From an uncultured Planctomycetota bacterium (GTDB taxonomy: Bacteria; Planctomycetota; Planctomycetia; Pirellulales; Lacipirellulaceae), in contig CAVRBU010000001.1 of the NCBI GenBank assembly GCA_963719315.1, forward strand, positions 64,001-128,000: DNA of 64,000 nucleotides, in the 5' to 3' direction. The position numbers were made by a program, and so were the translations under genes. The first letter of the stretch is position 1. The number at the start of each line of letters is the position of its first letter. The notes beneath the pieces were generated by a model that saw only the letters and a list, made by a program, of their open reading frames with translations, had not been told where the DNA came from and ran no database searches. Below are positions 20,138 to 31,455 of the stretch, one piece after another.

Positions 20138-21160
20138 TTACGTGGCATCGCTAATCGCTATACCGCGCGATTCAAGGAATTCGGGAAGCACCGTAGGTGA
20201 TGCGTGTCGGTCCGGTGGAACCAGGCCCCGGTGCTGAAAGCGACCTTTCACAATCGCAACCGTCGCCAAGACGGCCGGCGCGACCGCCGTCAAGAAGCTG
20301 TTTTCTGACGCCGTAATCGCGTACTTGGCGGTGTGGCCGTCCGAATCCTCGATCTCGTAGCCGATTCCACCCGCCGACGAACCAACCTTTTTCGCCAGCC
20401 AAGTCCCTAGCTGGACCTTCTGTTGCATCAGTTCGCGCAGCGGCTCGGAATGGGCCGCCATCTGCAGCAGCGAATTGACTCCGATCGTGTTCGTATCGAC
20501 CCACATCGCGACGTCGCGAAGCGATGGCCAGATTCGAGGCAGATTCACTGCATCGGCGCTTTCGAACAAGTGCCCAGTTATTTTTCCGACGGGCCGCGGC
20601 ATGGAAAACGGCCGCGTTTCGATCCATCCCACGCGCGTTTGCAAATGACCATCGGCCAGCACTCGCACGGGCCGGCCAACCGATCTCCACAGCGACATTG
20701 CCGACCCGACATTTGCCGTGTGCCGACTGGCCGGCGCCAGAAACGTGTCAACACGCGTCGGCAACTGAATTCCGCTATACCGCACCATTGCAGCCGACAC
20801 AGCCGACACGCTGCTCGCCGAACTCAGCACGCGAATCCCGGCCGCCGCGATGCGCGGTTTCAACGTTAATACCGATTCCGCGTAGCCCAAATCGTCGTTC
20901 AAATCGACGACGTCGAAACCAATCTCGATCGCCGCCTCAATGAGCGCGGTCGACCGCGCGTAGAACGGCCCGGCCGCGTCGAGGACGACATCGCCAGACC
21001 GCAACGCGGCATGGATCGAGTCGCCGTTATTGGCGTCGATCCGAAAATCGGCCGCGTCGCGTCGCGAGGCGGTAAGCGGCTGCATCCCGAATTGCCGCAG
21101 TTGTTCAACCGCCGTTTGGCCGAACAAGCCCAAGCCGCCGAGTACGATGACGCGTCTCAC
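20138..21160 (-). CDS. saccharopine dehydrogenase-like NAD(P)-binding oxidoreductase
   Basis: VLGGLGLFG Rossmann motif, DAAGPF, GTG start overlapping the upstream TGA. Confidence 0.75.
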   Translation of the reverse strand: MRRVIVLGGLGLFGQTAVEQLRQFGMQPLTASRRDAADFRIDANNGDSIHAALRSGDVVLDAAGPFYARSTALIEAAIEIGFDVVDLNDDLGYAESVLTLKPRIAAAGIRVLSSASSVSAVSAAMVRYSGIQLPTRVDTFLAPASRHTANVGSAMSLWRSVGRPVRVLADGHLQTRVGWIETRPFSMPRPVGKITGHLFESADAVNLPRIWPSLRDVAMWVDTNTIGVNSLLQMAAHSEPLRELMQQKVQLGTWLAKKVGSSAGGIGYEIEDSDGHTAKYAITASENSFLTAVAPAVLATVAIVKGRFQHRGLVPPDRHASPTVLPEFLESRGIAISDAT

Positions 21161-22215
21161 GCCGGCCTCCAACGTGCGCCCATCCAGCCGATCCAAACAA
21201 GCAGCAGAGGGAATAGCACGGCGGTCGAAAAGACCATGCCCGGCACGTTATTCGCAATCGCAGCAAGGGTCATCGCCGCTCCGGCCAACCAGGTGACCCA
21301 CATTGCCCCTCGAATCCAACGGGGCAAATTCGGTGTGACGAGCGTCAGCAGCACGCCGCCGATCGTGTACAGCCCGTTCGCAGCGCCGGCACTTAGCAGC
21401 GTGAAGTCGCGCTCGACACATGTGAATCCAACTGCGTCCGCCGGCGCATGTTCGACCAGCCGAAGTATCGCCGAGCCCTCGCCGCTGAAATCGCAGACCA
21501 TTCCGAGAGCCGCGATCAGCACCGCAACCGTAGCACAGGCTGCTCGTGGGTGCCTTTGAAACGACTCGGGCGAGCCGCCCGTGGTACGTGTCACACCGCC
21601 TCCCCACCATGCATAAAAACCAACCAGACTCGCCGCCGCCGCCATCCACGTCGCCCACCCGATTGTCCATGCGGTTGTGTGACTGGCAACGTACTCTGCG
21701 CGAACGCCCGCATCGGCTTCCACGAGCGAGCCTGGTTGCAAGTAAATCACCAACATGCCGAGCGCCGCCGCGTGTGCGACTATGCATATCCACGGGGCCA
21801 ATGCCGCGAGCCGCCGCCCAAACCACGTCCCGCGAACCAGAAACAACCCGAACGGCAGCCACCAAATGAAATCGTTGAACACACAGAGCATGCCCATCCG
21901 CCGCGGCCACATGTCGCTGAACGACGTGGCCATTCCAATTGGCCCCAGCACCTTGCCCAACAGGCCGACCGCGATGACGGGCCACGCCCTCTCCAATTTC
22001 CACGCCGCGTGCCAATACAGCAGACCATACACGCCGACGACCATTCCTACGCACGCCCAAATGTTCAAATAACGCGGGGGAGCAATGTCGAGCAGCGCGA
22101 AGAACGCTTGCGGCCAAATCGCGGCCCACAAGCCGAATGCCAGGTTATAGATACCGGCCAACACAAACGCGATGCGAAACAACCGGTCGGCGAACGGGCC
22201 CGTCATGGGGACCAT
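21157..22215 (-). CDS. polytopic membrane protein of unknown function
   Basis: About 10 hydrophobic segments (AGIYNLAFG, GMVVGVYG, GKVLGPIG, NDFIWW); coupled to the downstream oxidoreductase. Confidence 0.75.
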   Translation of the reverse strand: MVPMTGPFADRLFRIAFVLAGIYNLAFGLWAAIWPQAFFALLDIAPPRYLNIWACVGMVVGVYGLLYWHAAWKLERAWPVIAVGLLGKVLGPIGMATSFSDMWPRRMGMLCVFNDFIWWLPFGLFLVRGTWFGRRLAALAPWICIVAHAAALGMLVIYLQPGSLVEADAGVRAEYVASHTTAWTIGWATWMAAAASLVGFYAWWGGGVTRTTGGSPESFQRHPRAACATVAVLIAALGMVCDFSGEGSAILRLVEHAPADAVGFTCVERDFTLLSAGAANGLYTIGGVLLTLVTPNLPRWIRGAMWVTWLAGAAMTLAAIANNVPGMVFSTAVLFPLLLVWIGWMGARWRPA

Positions 22216-22227
22216 TGTTTCAGAACC

Positions 22228-22290
22228 GTAGCCGAAGTCGCAAGACTTTAGCCGACTCGCAGAACGCGGAATTCTTGCGAATTCCGCCAC
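22228..22290. repeat. GTAG-type REP doublet
   Basis: gtagccgaagtcgcaagactttagccg ... cggaattcttgcgaattccgccac. Confidence 0.75.
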
Positions 22291-22299
22291 AAAATCGCC

Positions 22300-23259
22300 T
22301 TAAATCTGGAAGTTGGCCTTTGGGCCTATCGCAGCATCCATTTCGCTGCGCATCTTGAGCTTCGGCTTCTCGAGCACCACCGTCGTGTTCGGCGCAATAC
22401 TCTGCGTCAGCCACACGCTCGAACCCACCACCGCGTCGTGTCCCACGATCGTTGCGCCGCCCAGGATGGTCGCGTTCGCGTAAACGACCACACGATCTTC
22501 GAGCGTCGGGTGCCGCTTCGTGCCGCGTACCAGATTGCCCTCGCCATCGGTCTTGAAGCTCAGCGCGCCGAGCGTCACGCCTTGGTACAGCTTCACGTGC
22601 TGCCCGATCTCAGTCGTTTCGCCGATCACCACGCCCGTGCCGTGGTCGATGAAGAAGTGCGAATCAATCTTCGCGCCTGGGTGGATGTCGATGCCGGTCC
22701 TGGCATGGGCCCATTCGGTCATCATCCGCGGAATGAACGGGATGTCGAGCTCGTACAGCACGTGCGCCAGCCGATAGACGGTGATCGCTTCCAGGCCCGG
22801 GTAGCAAAAGATCACTTCGTCGATCGACTTGCAGGCCGGGTCGCCGTCGTAGGCCGCCTGCACGTCGGTAGCCAACATCTTGCGAACTTCCGGCAAGCGC
22901 TCCAAGAACAGCATCGTCTTGGCCTGGCCAAGCGCTTCGTAGTCATGGTCGGAGTCGCAATCATCGGTCGCCCCCGCTTCGTGCCGCAGCGCGCGGCCAA
23001 TCTGCTGCGTCAAGCGATCGTGCAATCGGTCCACCAGGTCGCCCACGTAGAATGCGACATTGCCGTGGTGCAATCGCTCCCGCCGGCGATAGCCTGGATA
23101 GATGATTTCCTTCAGATCATTCGTGGCCGCGATGATCTCGTCGTAGTTTGGCAGCGGGCAATGGCCCAGGTGATTGATCGAACCAACTTCATCGTACGTT
23201 TCGACGATGCGTTCCGTAAGTTTTGGGAGTTGGTCTTTGAGACGAAAATCGGTGGTCAT
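22300..23259 (-). CDS. cysE: serine O-acetyltransferase
   Basis: [49 protein letters not shown]. Confidence 0.95.
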   Translation of the reverse strand: MTTDFRLKDQLPKLTERIVETYDEVGSINHLGHCPLPNYDEIIAATNDLKEIIYPGYRRRERLHHGNVAFYVGDLVDRLHDRLTQQIGRALRHEAGATDDCDSDHDYEALGQAKTMLFLERLPEVRKMLATDVQAAYDGDPACKSIDEVIFCYPGLEAITVYRLAHVLYELDIPFIPRMMTEWAHARTGIDIHPGAKIDSHFFIDHGTGVVIGETTEIGQHVKLYQGVTLGALSFKTDGEGNLVRGTKRHPTLEDRVVVYANATILGGATIVGHDAVVGSSVWLTQSIAPNTTVVLEKPKLKMRSEMDAAIGPKANFQI

Positions 23260-23664
23260 GGTCGGCGTGTGCTCCTCGCAGGCGATCGCTTCAAATTCGG
23301 GCGGTTGATTACCTGCGACAGACAATGTGCGGGGATCGCGAAAGTGTATCGAGGCGAGAGGGGAGATGGCCCAAAACGGGCGCAGCGCGGCGAGTGGTCC
23401 GGCGTCAGGCCGGACTCGTACAGATGCAGCAAAACGGCAGATGCTGGGTGAATCGATGCCACATGCTTATCATGGACGCAATTCTACGCCGCCTGGTTCA
23501 GCCCTTCAAACCGCTACATTCTGTCTCGGCAGGCTTCGGCTGGCCAATTGAAACAATCCGAAGGGCCCCATCCCGTCACCTCCGTGCTAGCTGGCAGCAG
23601 CCCGGTCGATTGAGACGCAACTTGAGTTCGATTAAAGAGTTCTGACGATCGGCCATGCTACATT

Positions 23665-24582
23665 CTAACGCCCCGCCGGCTCGATGTGCACGAGCGCGTC
23701 CATCACGTTGTAGCTCGAAGCCAGCAGCGCGTCCTTCACGCGGTGGGCAATCGAGTGACCTTCGCGGACCGACATGTCGCCGCTGACTTCGACGTGAATG
23801 TCCACCCACAGACCAATCCCGCTCTTGCGGACCCGGCACAGGTCGATGCCCGCGACGCCGTCCACGCGCCGCGCGATCTCGCGGATATCCTCGACGATTG
23901 CGTCGGCCGGCGAAACGTCCATGATCTCTCGCCAGGAGGTTCGCAGCAGTTGCAGGCCGTTGAACGCGATCACCGCCGCCGCGAACAGGGCTGCCCAATC
24001 ATCGGCCGGCTCGTAGCCGGCGCCGCCGACGAGCGCGATGGAAATTCCCACGAACGCCGCCAGCGACGTCAGCGAATCGCTGCGGTGGTGCCAGGCGTCT
24101 GTTCGCATCGCGCTACTGTCGATCAATTCGCCCTTGCGCAGCAGAAAGCGGAACAGCAATTCTTTGACGATGACCACTAACACCAGCACGACGAGCGTAA
24201 ACGGCGCCGGCGCATGACGCGGCTTGTGAATCTCGCGCACGCTCTGGATGGCGATGCCGGCCGCCGTGGCCAGCAGGCCGACCGCAATCGCCAGCGCCGC
24301 CGCGGGCTCGATCTTGCCGTAACCAAACGGATGCCGTTCATCCGGCGGCTGAACGGCGATCTTGAGACTGCCGGCAACGACTAATCCGCTCACCACGTCG
24401 AGCATCGACTCGACGCCATCGGCGATCAACGCGTACGAGTTCCCGAGGATGCCGGTAATGGTCTTGAGCGCGCCCAACACGACGCTTACCAGCACGCCGC
24501 CCAGGCTCGCGCGAATTCCCGTCGCGGCCGATTGGTCGAGCTTGTGGCGAGCGACATCGATCTGGCTGCGAAGCTGCGACAT
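23665..24582 (-). CDS. cation diffusion facilitator (FieF-like) transporter
   Basis: ALIADGVES, PPDERHPFGYGKIE, DAWHHRSD, GH.IAH.VK. Confidence 0.9.
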   Translation of the reverse strand: MSQLRSQIDVARHKLDQSAATGIRASLGGVLVSVVLGALKTITGILGNSYALIADGVESMLDVVSGLVVAGSLKIAVQPPDERHPFGYGKIEPAAALAIAVGLLATAAGIAIQSVREIHKPRHAPAPFTLVVLVLVVIVKELLFRFLLRKGELIDSSAMRTDAWHHRSDSLTSLAAFVGISIALVGGAGYEPADDWAALFAAAVIAFNGLQLLRTSWREIMDVSPADAIVEDIREIARRVDGVAGIDLCRVRKSGIGLWVDIHVEVSGDMSVREGHSIAHRVKDALLASSYNVMDALVHIEPAGR

Positions 24583-24638
24583 GAAGTTGGCGAGGATACG
24601 ATGAAATGAGCTGGAGGCAACAAGCGTCTAACAATTTG

Positions 24639-24717
24639 AACCGCCAAGTCGCCAAGGACGCCAAGGAATGCACGGAATAGCATTCTCTTTCTTGGCGTCC
24701 TTGGCGACTTGGCGGTT
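24639..24717. repeat. nonamer inverted-tandem element, perfect 27-bp arms
   Basis: aaccgccaagtcgccaaggacgccaag / cttggcgtccttggcgacttggcggtt. Confidence 0.9.
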
Positions 24718-24808
24718 TAATTCATTGTGTTAGAAGTTCCAAGTAGGAATGGATTGTCGTTTCGTACCTACTCACTTACTCGCCTCCGGACAGACTCACC
24801 CTGCGTTT

Positions 24809-26899
24809 CTATTCTTCCTCTTCCTTCACCTTCGCCTTGGCAATGATCTGTTGCTGCACGTTCGGCGGCACTACGTCGTAATGCGAAAACTCCATCGTGT
24901 AGCTCCCCTGGCCGCCCGTCATCGACGAGAGCGTGCGGGCATAAGTCATCACTTCCGACAACGGACAAGTCGCTTCGACCGTCGTCATGCCCCCGCCGGC
25001 CGAGTCCATGCCGACCATTTGCCCCCGCCGGCCCGAAAGGTCGCTTGACACATCGCCCACCTTGTCGACCGGCACCGTGATCGCGAGCTTCACGATTGGC
25101 TCCAACAAACTCGGCCGCGCTTCGCGAAACACGTTCGCAAAAGCCTGTCGGCCGGCGATCCGAAATGCCGTCTCGTTCGAGTCCACCGGATGGTCCTTGC
25201 CGAAGTGCACCTCGACGCAAATGTTCTGCACAGGGTAGCCGGCCACCACGCCGGAGCTGATTTTCTCCAAAAAACCTTTCTCGATCGCGGGCATGAAGTT
25301 GCCCGGGATCGTGCCGCCCACCACCGTATCGACCCACAGGAAATTATATTGGGCGTGATAATGCGTGTTCTTCAGGTGCGGAAAGCGATCCTTGGTCGTG
25401 AAATCCTCCGGTTTCGTGCCCTCCGGGAAGGGGTACATGCGAATATGCACTTCGCCGAACTGTCCCGAGCCGCCGGATTGCTTCTTGTGCCGGTAACTGC
25501 CCTCGGCGTTGCTTTGAATCGTCTCGCGATACGGAATCTTGGGCTCGTGCGTTTCGACTTCCACCTTGTCGCGCCGCTTAAGCCGTTCGCGGAGCAATAG
25601 CAAGTGCAACTCGCTCATTCCCGTGAGCACCATCTCCTTCGTTTCCTGATCGTGCTCGACGTGTACCGTCCGATCTTCTTCCGTGATCTTGTGCAGCGCC
25701 CCCGAGAGCTTCGTTTCATCGCCGCGCGTCTTCGGCGCCACGGCCAGCCCGACCATCGGTCGCGGAAACTTGATCGGCGGCAATTCGACCTCGCCCAGCG
25801 AGGTGCCGGTGTGCAAATCTTCCGTCTTCGCTACGGCCACGATCTCGCCGGCCGTCGCCTGCTCGAGCGGCTGCGTTTTCTCGCCCTGCACCGCAAGCAG
25901 CGGTCCGATTTTGATCCCCTTCCGCGATCCGGGCGACGGCAGCGTGCTATCTTTCTTCATCGTTCCCGAATACACGCGAATGTAGCTTAGTCGTTGCACG
26001 AACGGATCGACCCGCGTTTTGAACACCTGAGCCGCTAATGGCGCCGACGGGTCGCACTTGAGCGTCACATCGTCGCCCTCCTTCATCGCCGTTCGCGGCA
26101 CCGCGGTCGGCGGCAGCGATGCCTCCAGCAACACGGCGAGTAGCTCGTCGATTCCGACTCCCAGCTTCGTTGAAACGCAAACGACCGGCGTCAGCGTGCC
26201 CTGCCGCACCGCCTCGCCGCACAACCGCTCCAAATCGGCCTGCGACGGCATTTCGCCTTCGAGATACCGCTCCATGGCCGCTTCATCGGCTTCAACGATC
26301 GTTTCAACGGCTGCCTCGTTGAGTGTCGCCGGGTCGATCAGCGCGCCCTTCGTGTCCTTCGGCACGTTCAGCGTGCTCACGACGCCCTTCAAATCGTGCC
26401 CCTGGCCGATCGGCACGTTAAACAGCACACACTGCGTGCCGAATACATCGCGAATCGAATCGACGAGCGCCGCGAAATCAATATTGTCCGTATCCATCTT
26501 GGTGATGCACAGGATTCGCCCCAGCCCAGCGTCGCCGGCTTCCTGCCAGACCCGCCGCGTATTCACCTTGATGCCGGCGTGTGCGTCGATCGCGATGAGC
26601 GCCGTCTCCACGGCCCGCAGGGCGCCAATCGTTTGCCCGATCAGGTCTGGGTAACCGGGCGTGTCGATCACGTTGAACCGTTTGCCGGCATGATCGAAAT
26701 GAACGACCGACGCCTCGATCGAATGTTTGTGGTGCTTTTCCTCTTCGTCGAAGTCGCAGATGCTCGTGCCGTTATCGACGCTCGGCTGCCCGCTCACGGC
26801 CCCCGTCTTCACCAGCAAATGGTCCACCAGTGTTGTCTTGCCGGAAGAACCGTGCCCGCATACAGCGATGTTGCGAATGTCCTCAACGTTTTTCGCCAT
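24809..26899 (-). CDS. fusA: elongation factor G paralogue (EF-G2 type)
   Basis: GHGSSGKTT, DTPG, TKMD, HKKQSGGSGQFG. The effector loop is KHSI rather than the canonical RGITI. Confidence 0.9.
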   Translation of the reverse strand: MAKNVEDIRNIAVCGHGSSGKTTLVDHLLVKTGAVSGQPSVDNGTSICDFDEEEKHHKHSIEASVVHFDHAGKRFNVIDTPGYPDLIGQTIGALRAVETALIAIDAHAGIKVNTRRVWQEAGDAGLGRILCITKMDTDNIDFAALVDSIRDVFGTQCVLFNVPIGQGHDLKGVVSTLNVPKDTKGALIDPATLNEAAVETIVEADEAAMERYLEGEMPSQADLERLCGEAVRQGTLTPVVCVSTKLGVGIDELLAVLLEASLPPTAVPRTAMKEGDDVTLKCDPSAPLAAQVFKTRVDPFVQRLSYIRVYSGTMKKDSTLPSPGSRKGIKIGPLLAVQGEKTQPLEQATAGEIVAVAKTEDLHTGTSLGEVELPPIKFPRPMVGLAVAPKTRGDETKLSGALHKITEEDRTVHVEHDQETKEMVLTGMSELHLLLLRERLKRRDKVEVETHEPKIPYRETIQSNAEGSYRHKKQSGGSGQFGEVHIRMYPFPEGTKPEDFTTKDRFPHLKNTHYHAQYNFLWVDTVVGGTIPGNFMPAIEKGFLEKISSGVVAGYPVQNICVEVHFGKDHPVDSNETAFRIAGRQAFANVFREARPSLLEPIVKLAITVPVDKVGDVSSDLSGRRGQMVGMDSAGGGMTTVEATCPLSEVMTYARTLSSMTGGQGSYTMEFSHYDVVPPNVQQQIIAKAKVKEEEE

Positions 26900-26923
26900 G
26901 ATGATTCCGCTCTTGTAGCTCTT

Positions 26924-26995
26924 GTAGGGTGTGTCGAGTCTTCGAGACACACCAATAATTCGGATGGTGTGTCTCGCAGACTCGACACACCCTAC
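26924..26995. repeat. GTAG-type REP doublet
   Basis: gtagggtgtgtcgagtcttcgagacacacc ... ggtgtgtctcgcagactcgacacaccctac. Confidence 0.9.
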
Positions 26996-27006
26996 GTTAT
27001 TACGTT

Positions 27007-27738
27007 TTATATTGATCCATTCCCACTCTTTGCGGCCAGCAGGGCATCAGGTAGCGTCAGTGTGCCTTCATAGAGCGCCCGACCGATGATGCACCCGGCC
27101 AATCCCGCCGCCGCCAGCCGCGCAACGTCGTCGATCGTCGTCACGCCGCCCGACGCAACGACGGGCATATCGACCGCCGCCTGCATCTCGGCCATCGCCG
27201 CGATGTTCGGCCCGCGCATCATGCCGTCCGTGGCGATGTCGGTATAAATGATGGCCGCCAGCGGCTCGGTCGCGAACTGGCGGGCCAGGTCGATCGCCGT
27301 CACGTCGCTCGTGTTGAGCCAGCCATCGGTCGCTGCCCACCCATCCCGAGCGTCGATGCCCAGAACCAGTCGGCCCGGATACTGTCGGCACGCCGCGCGA
27401 AACCATTCCGGATCAGTCAGGGCCGACGTGCCGATGACCAACCGCGTCAGCCCGAAGTCGAACAACTCGCGGACCGATTGCTCATCGCGGATGCCGCCCC
27501 CCAGCTCACTCTCGATTTCGACGGCTGCCAGGATCTCTTGCACTCCCGGCAGATTGACGGGCAACCCCTCGCGAGCGCCTTCCAGATCGACGATATGCAA
27601 ATGCTCGGCGCCCTGCTCAACAAACTGCCGCGCCACGGCCGCTGGGCTCTGGGCGAACACCGTTTCCTGGTCGTAATCGCCTTGCCGCAGCCGGACACAC
27701 TTGCCGCCTCGCAGATCAATGGCTGGCCAGACTTGCAT
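27007..27738 (-). CDS. hisA: ProFAR isomerase
   Basis: PAIDLRGGKCVRLRQG, GGGIR, TDIATDG, VASGGV, IIGRALY. Confidence 0.97.
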   Translation of the reverse strand: MQVWPAIDLRGGKCVRLRQGDYDQETVFAQSPAAVARQFVEQGAEHLHIVDLEGAREGLPVNLPGVQEILAAVEIESELGGGIRDEQSVRELFDFGLTRLVIGTSALTDPEWFRAACRQYPGRLVLGIDARDGWAATDGWLNTSDVTAIDLARQFATEPLAAIIYTDIATDGMMRGPNIAAMAEMQAAVDMPVVASGGVTTIDDVARLAAAGLAGCIIGRALYEGTLTLPDALLAAKSGNGSI

Positions 27739-27995
27739 GGGGAATCGTTCCGATGTCGGCGCCGTTCAATTCGGCCTGCTGGAAGAGTGCGGAAACACAA
27801 AATATGGCACACGCGCGGGCCATTATCAAGGGGCGGATCGCGGACCGCGCCCGCCTTAAGTTGCGTGGTGAATCCGACTTACGCCGCTATCGAAGAAGAA
27901 TGCGGGATGACGGATGCGGGTTGCGGGGGAAGAATATCGCAGTCTGCAACAGTCTTACGCTTTCCCCATATCACGCATCCTCAATTCTTGCCTCC

Positions 27996-28604
27996 TCAGC
28001 CCAATTCCGCAAAGTTCTTCAGTAACCGCAGCCCCGCTGCCTGGCTCTTCTCCGGATGAAACTGCACGGCGAACAGATGCTCGCGCCACACGCTCGAACA
28101 AAACGGCTGCGCGTATTCGGTCTCTGTGGCGATCACGGAATTGTCGCGCGGCACGACATAGTACGAGTGTACGAAATAGAAATGCTCGCCATCGTCGATC
28201 CCCTCGAAAATGGGCGGCCGCTTCCGGAACTGAACCTGGTTCCAGCCCATGTGCGGCACCTTGAACTCGGCCGGCACCTTGAACCGCACCACCTCGCCCG
28301 GCACGATGCCCAGCCCTTCGTGCTCGCCGTCCTCGTAACCTTTATCGAACAGCAACTGCAACCCCAAGCAGATCCCCAAGAACGGCTTGCTAACCTCGAT
28401 CGCCGCCCGAATCGGCGCAACGAGCTTCCGCGCGCGCAATGCCGCAATCGCATCGCGAAACGCCCCGACGCCCGGCAGCACGATCTTCTCTGCGTCCGCC
28501 AACACGGCCGGGTCGCTCGTAATCACCGCCGCATGCCCGACCCGCTCTAGCGCTTTTTGCACGCTCCGCAGATTCCCCATCTCGTAGTCGATAATCGCAA
28601 TCAT
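27996..28604 (-). CDS. hisH: imidazole glycerol phosphate synthase glutaminase subunit
   Basis: MGNLRSV, LPGVG, GICLG, PHMGWN, YFVHSY, QFHPEKS. Confidence 0.97.
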   Translation of the reverse strand: MIAIIDYEMGNLRSVQKALERVGHAAVITSDPAVLADAEKIVLPGVGAFRDAIAALRARKLVAPIRAAIEVSKPFLGICLGLQLLFDKGYEDGEHEGLGIVPGEVVRFKVPAEFKVPHMGWNQVQFRKRPPIFEGIDDGEHFYFVHSYYVVPRDNSVIATETEYAQPFCSSVWREHLFAVQFHPEKSQAAGLRLLKNFAELG

Positions 28605-28820
28605 GGAAGCTACTTACGAAGCGGTCGTGTGGAAAGCGATCCCATTCCTACAAACACCAGCTTTCGATTCTTCAATGAGGGTGCCACAGGCTCCGCCAGT
28701 GCTTCTCTGTGGCCGCCTGCTTGCCGGTTCTTGGCCGCACCAGATCGTAGACGCCCGCGCACAACAAAACGTTCGCGCAGACCGCTATTTTACCTTAGAA
28801 ACGCGCCGTCGTCAGCCGAC

Positions 28821-29675
28821 TCAGCGCTGCATCGTCTCGGGATAAATCACCACTTCCACGCGGCGATTCCTGGCCCGACCTGCTTCCGTGCCATTCGAGA
28901 CGACCGGGTGACTTCCGCCGTGAGCCACCACGAAGAGTTGCCGGGTCGGCATTCCGCCCTGACGGGTCAATGCATCGTAGACGGCCATCGATTGGGCCAC
29001 CGCCAGGTGCTGGTCGGTCGGATACTGCGGCGATGTCATCGGGCTGCCGTCCGTGTGCCCTTCGATGCCGATCAACTGTTGCGGATAATTCTGTGTGAGA
29101 TCGGCCGCAACCGTCTTCAATAACCCCTCCGCCCCCGGTTTGAGCTGCGCCGTTCCGTAGTTAAACAATTGATCGCCCGGCAACTCGATCCGGATGACGT
29201 CGCCATCCTGCCGAACATTGATGCCCGGCATGTTCGTTACCGTGAGACTTCGCAACAGTGTGTTGTTGGCGCGAATCTCGGCGGAATTGTGCAACTGCAC
29301 GCTCGCGGCCATCGCCGATGTGCGACCGCGGAGCTGGTCATTGTCGGTTTGCATCGCGACCAGCCGATCGGTCGTGTCCTTCAATTGCATCTGCGTCGCT
29401 TGAACCTGCTGTTCAAGCACCTGCGTTTGCTGACGGGTTTGGGCCAGCATCGACTGCAAATCTTGATTGTCGTGGTCCAGCGTGGCCGCCCGCTGCTGAT
29501 ACTGCTGCGTTTGTTGCGCCAACGCCGTCTGTTGCTGCGGCGAAAGCGTCACCGGCGCCGCCTGCGCCTGCCCATAGGGCGACACCGGGTATTGATTGCA
29601 ACCGCCCAGCAACAGCGTTGCGAGACCGAAAGCAATCGCGCATGTAGTGGGGCGGACGGCTGAGAACACGGCCAC
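28821..29675 (-). CDS. OmpA/MotB-family peptidoglycan-binding lipoprotein with coiled coil
   Basis: Lipobox LLLGGC, Q-rich coil, IEGHTD, GRARNRRVE; start approximate. Confidence 0.85.
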   Translation of the reverse strand: MAVFSAVRPTTCAIAFGLATLLLGGCNQYPVSPYGQAQAAPVTLSPQQQTALAQQTQQYQQRAATLDHDNQDLQSMLAQTRQQTQVLEQQVQATQMQLKDTTDRLVAMQTDNDQLRGRTSAMAASVQLHNSAEIRANNTLLRSLTVTNMPGINVRQDGDVIRIELPGDQLFNYGTAQLKPGAEGLLKTVAADLTQNYPQQLIGIEGHTDGSPMTSPQYPTDQHLAVAQSMAVYDALTRQGGMPTRQLFVVAHGGSHPVVSNGTEAGRARNRRVEVVIYPETMQR

Positions 29676-29778
29676 GGAATCCTGTCGCGGCGAATCGGGT
29701 CGGTAAAGAGCGGCGAAGATTACCAACTGGTAGCAACCCCGACAACCCCGCTCCCCCACTGTGCCTGCCGCTTGCGGC

Positions 29779-30279
29779 TTAGCTAGCACCACCAATTAGT
29801 TGCCGGGCGCTGGGATAGACCCCATAAAACCGCCGAATGAAATTTCGATGCCACCGCTGCGGCTTATGCTGCTCCCAACCCAACCGCGCCATCACCCGAT
29901 CCGAAAGCCGCATGTTCGCCGCATCGCAAACAATCGCATCGATCTGCTTCAACTCCGCGATTGCGTCCAACGTCGTGAGCGCCGCCCGAAACGTGCGATA
30001 GCTGGTTCCGCCCGTCGTCACGATGTATTTGAGCGCCAAGAAATTCGGCATTCGTCGCGGCTGGTTGTAATAAAGCAGGCAGCGGTCAGCCGCCCCGCGT
30101 CGGTGATACCGCGGCCCGAGCGGCATGAGTTCTGGCATAGCCAACAGCTTTGGCCACTTTCGCAACCCAAGGGTCCTCAATTCCCCATTCGCCGTTTCAA
30201 TGACGCCGTACCGCGCTGCGCGAATACGCTCGCGTCCTGCATCGAAATCGCAAATGGTTTCTATCTGCCAGCACATAAA
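29779..30279 (-). CDS. hypothetical protein
   Basis: Protein-like composition (YYNQPRRMPNFLALKY); co-oriented with neighbours. Confidence 0.6.
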   Translation of the reverse strand, partial: FMCWQIETICDFDAGRERIRAARYGVIETANGELRTLGLRKWPKLLAMPELMPLGPRYHRRGAADRCLLYYNQPRRMPNFLALKYIVTTGGTSYRTFRAALTTLDAIAELKQIDAIVCDAANMRLSDRVMARLGWEQHKPQRWHRNFIRRFYGVYPSARQLIGGAS

Positions 30280-30624
30280 GGTTCGCCATCCACCGCTGCC
30301 TAAAGATAGCTTGCAGTTAGGCCGCATATCGGGAGTCCCAACAAAAACGCCCGGAAAAACCGATGGCAACCAACCGCAAACGCCAGCAATGTTGGGAAGG
30401 CGGCACCCAGAATCGCTTTCGGCGCTCGGCTAAAGCCCCTGTGCCGTTTGCGCCGATATCGACAGAGCGCTGCGACCGAAAGCCAGGATGTCATGAGATT
30501 TGTCTCTGCCGCCGCGTGCCGCACACTTATCTGAGTCGCCAGCCGACCGCATATTCTGCCGAAGTAACGCCGACGGGAATGCAAATTGTTCCCCCTCTCT
30601 CTATTCTGCCGCGCGGGAAGTCCC

Positions 30625-31410
30625 ATGAAGTCTGATTTGAGCGAAAAAATACAGTTGCACATGGTCGATGCGATTCGGAGATCCAAGTTGGAAATTGATC
30701 CGTTTCCACATGCCATAATTTCGGATTTTTTCCCGCCGACGGTGTACGCCGATCTGCTGGCGTTTTTGCCCAAGGACGACCAGTACGAACCATTCGCCTA
30801 TGACAAACATCATTCGGCCAGCGGCGCCAGCAACCGGCTGCGGTTCGGCATGCACAATGAGTGGCTCGACCGATTGAGCGGTGAGCAGCGCCTATTTTGG
30901 TTTGCCGTGCGAGAGTCCCTCGGCGGCGAATTGCTGAAACGCGCCGTGTACGAAAAGATGAGCACTGGCCTGGCATTCCGCTTCTCGGTCGCGGAATCCG
31001 ATGTGAATTCCTTGGCTGGCTATGCGCTGCCCGAGCTCTTTCGCGAACAATCCAGCTACCGGATCAAGCCACATCCCGATACGCGCCGCAAGGTGGTCAC
31101 CATGCAGATCAGCCTGCCGCGCGACGAGTCTCATCCCGAATTGGGCACCGAATTTTACAAGCGTAGCTTGAATCCGCTGTGCATGATGCGCGAGCCGCGC
31201 GGATTTGAAATCGTCAAATGCACTCCGTACTTGCCAAACTCGGCCTATTGCTTTTCGGTTTTGAACAATGTCTCCTGGAAAAGTTGGCACGGCAGATCGA
31301 CCTTGCCTGCCAACTGCGGCGCCCGGAATACGATTCTAAACATTTGGTATCTTCGCCCCGAAGAAGCCAATCTCGACCTTTATAGAGCGTCGTCGCTTGC
31401 CGCAGCCTGA
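30625..31410 (+). CDS. 2OG-Fe(II) oxygenase-like protein
   Basis: DPFPH, HPD ... SWHG facial triad pattern, R near C-terminus. Confidence 0.75.
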   Translation: MKSDLSEKIQLHMVDAIRRSKLEIDPFPHAIISDFFPPTVYADLLAFLPKDDQYEPFAYDKHHSASGASNRLRFGMHNEWLDRLSGEQRLFWFAVRESLGGELLKRAVYEKMSTGLAFRFSVAESDVNSLAGYALPELFREQSSYRIKPHPDTRRKVVTMQISLPRDESHPELGTEFYKRSLNPLCMMREPRGFEIVKCTPYLPNSAYCFSVLNNVSWKSWHGRSTLPANCGARNTILNIWYLRPEEANLDLYRASSLAAA

Positions 31411-31455
31411 GCCCGGCTCCCCCCTCGCATTTCGATAAGGCTTTGGAAACGGCGG

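Larger units (their letters stand above)
17726..20154 (+). pseudogene. secreted serpin with PEP-CTERM tail, interrupted by IS5 (extra frameshift near 19928)
   Basis: Signal peptide; NVLVSPFSI, ARGRT, INGWVEDQT, TNAMYFKGSW, VPMM, FPKF | hinge [32 protein letters not shown]+TM+basic. Removing the IS restores FKL-STT in frame. Confidence 0.9.

Noticed and set aside
24809..26899. divergent EF-G as a novelty
   Set aside because: EF-G2-type paralogues with altered effector loops are widespread and known
26900..26950. N-terminal extension of EF-G (MSRRLDTPY...)
   Set aside because: It is translation of the REP doublet; the real start is MAKNVED at 26899
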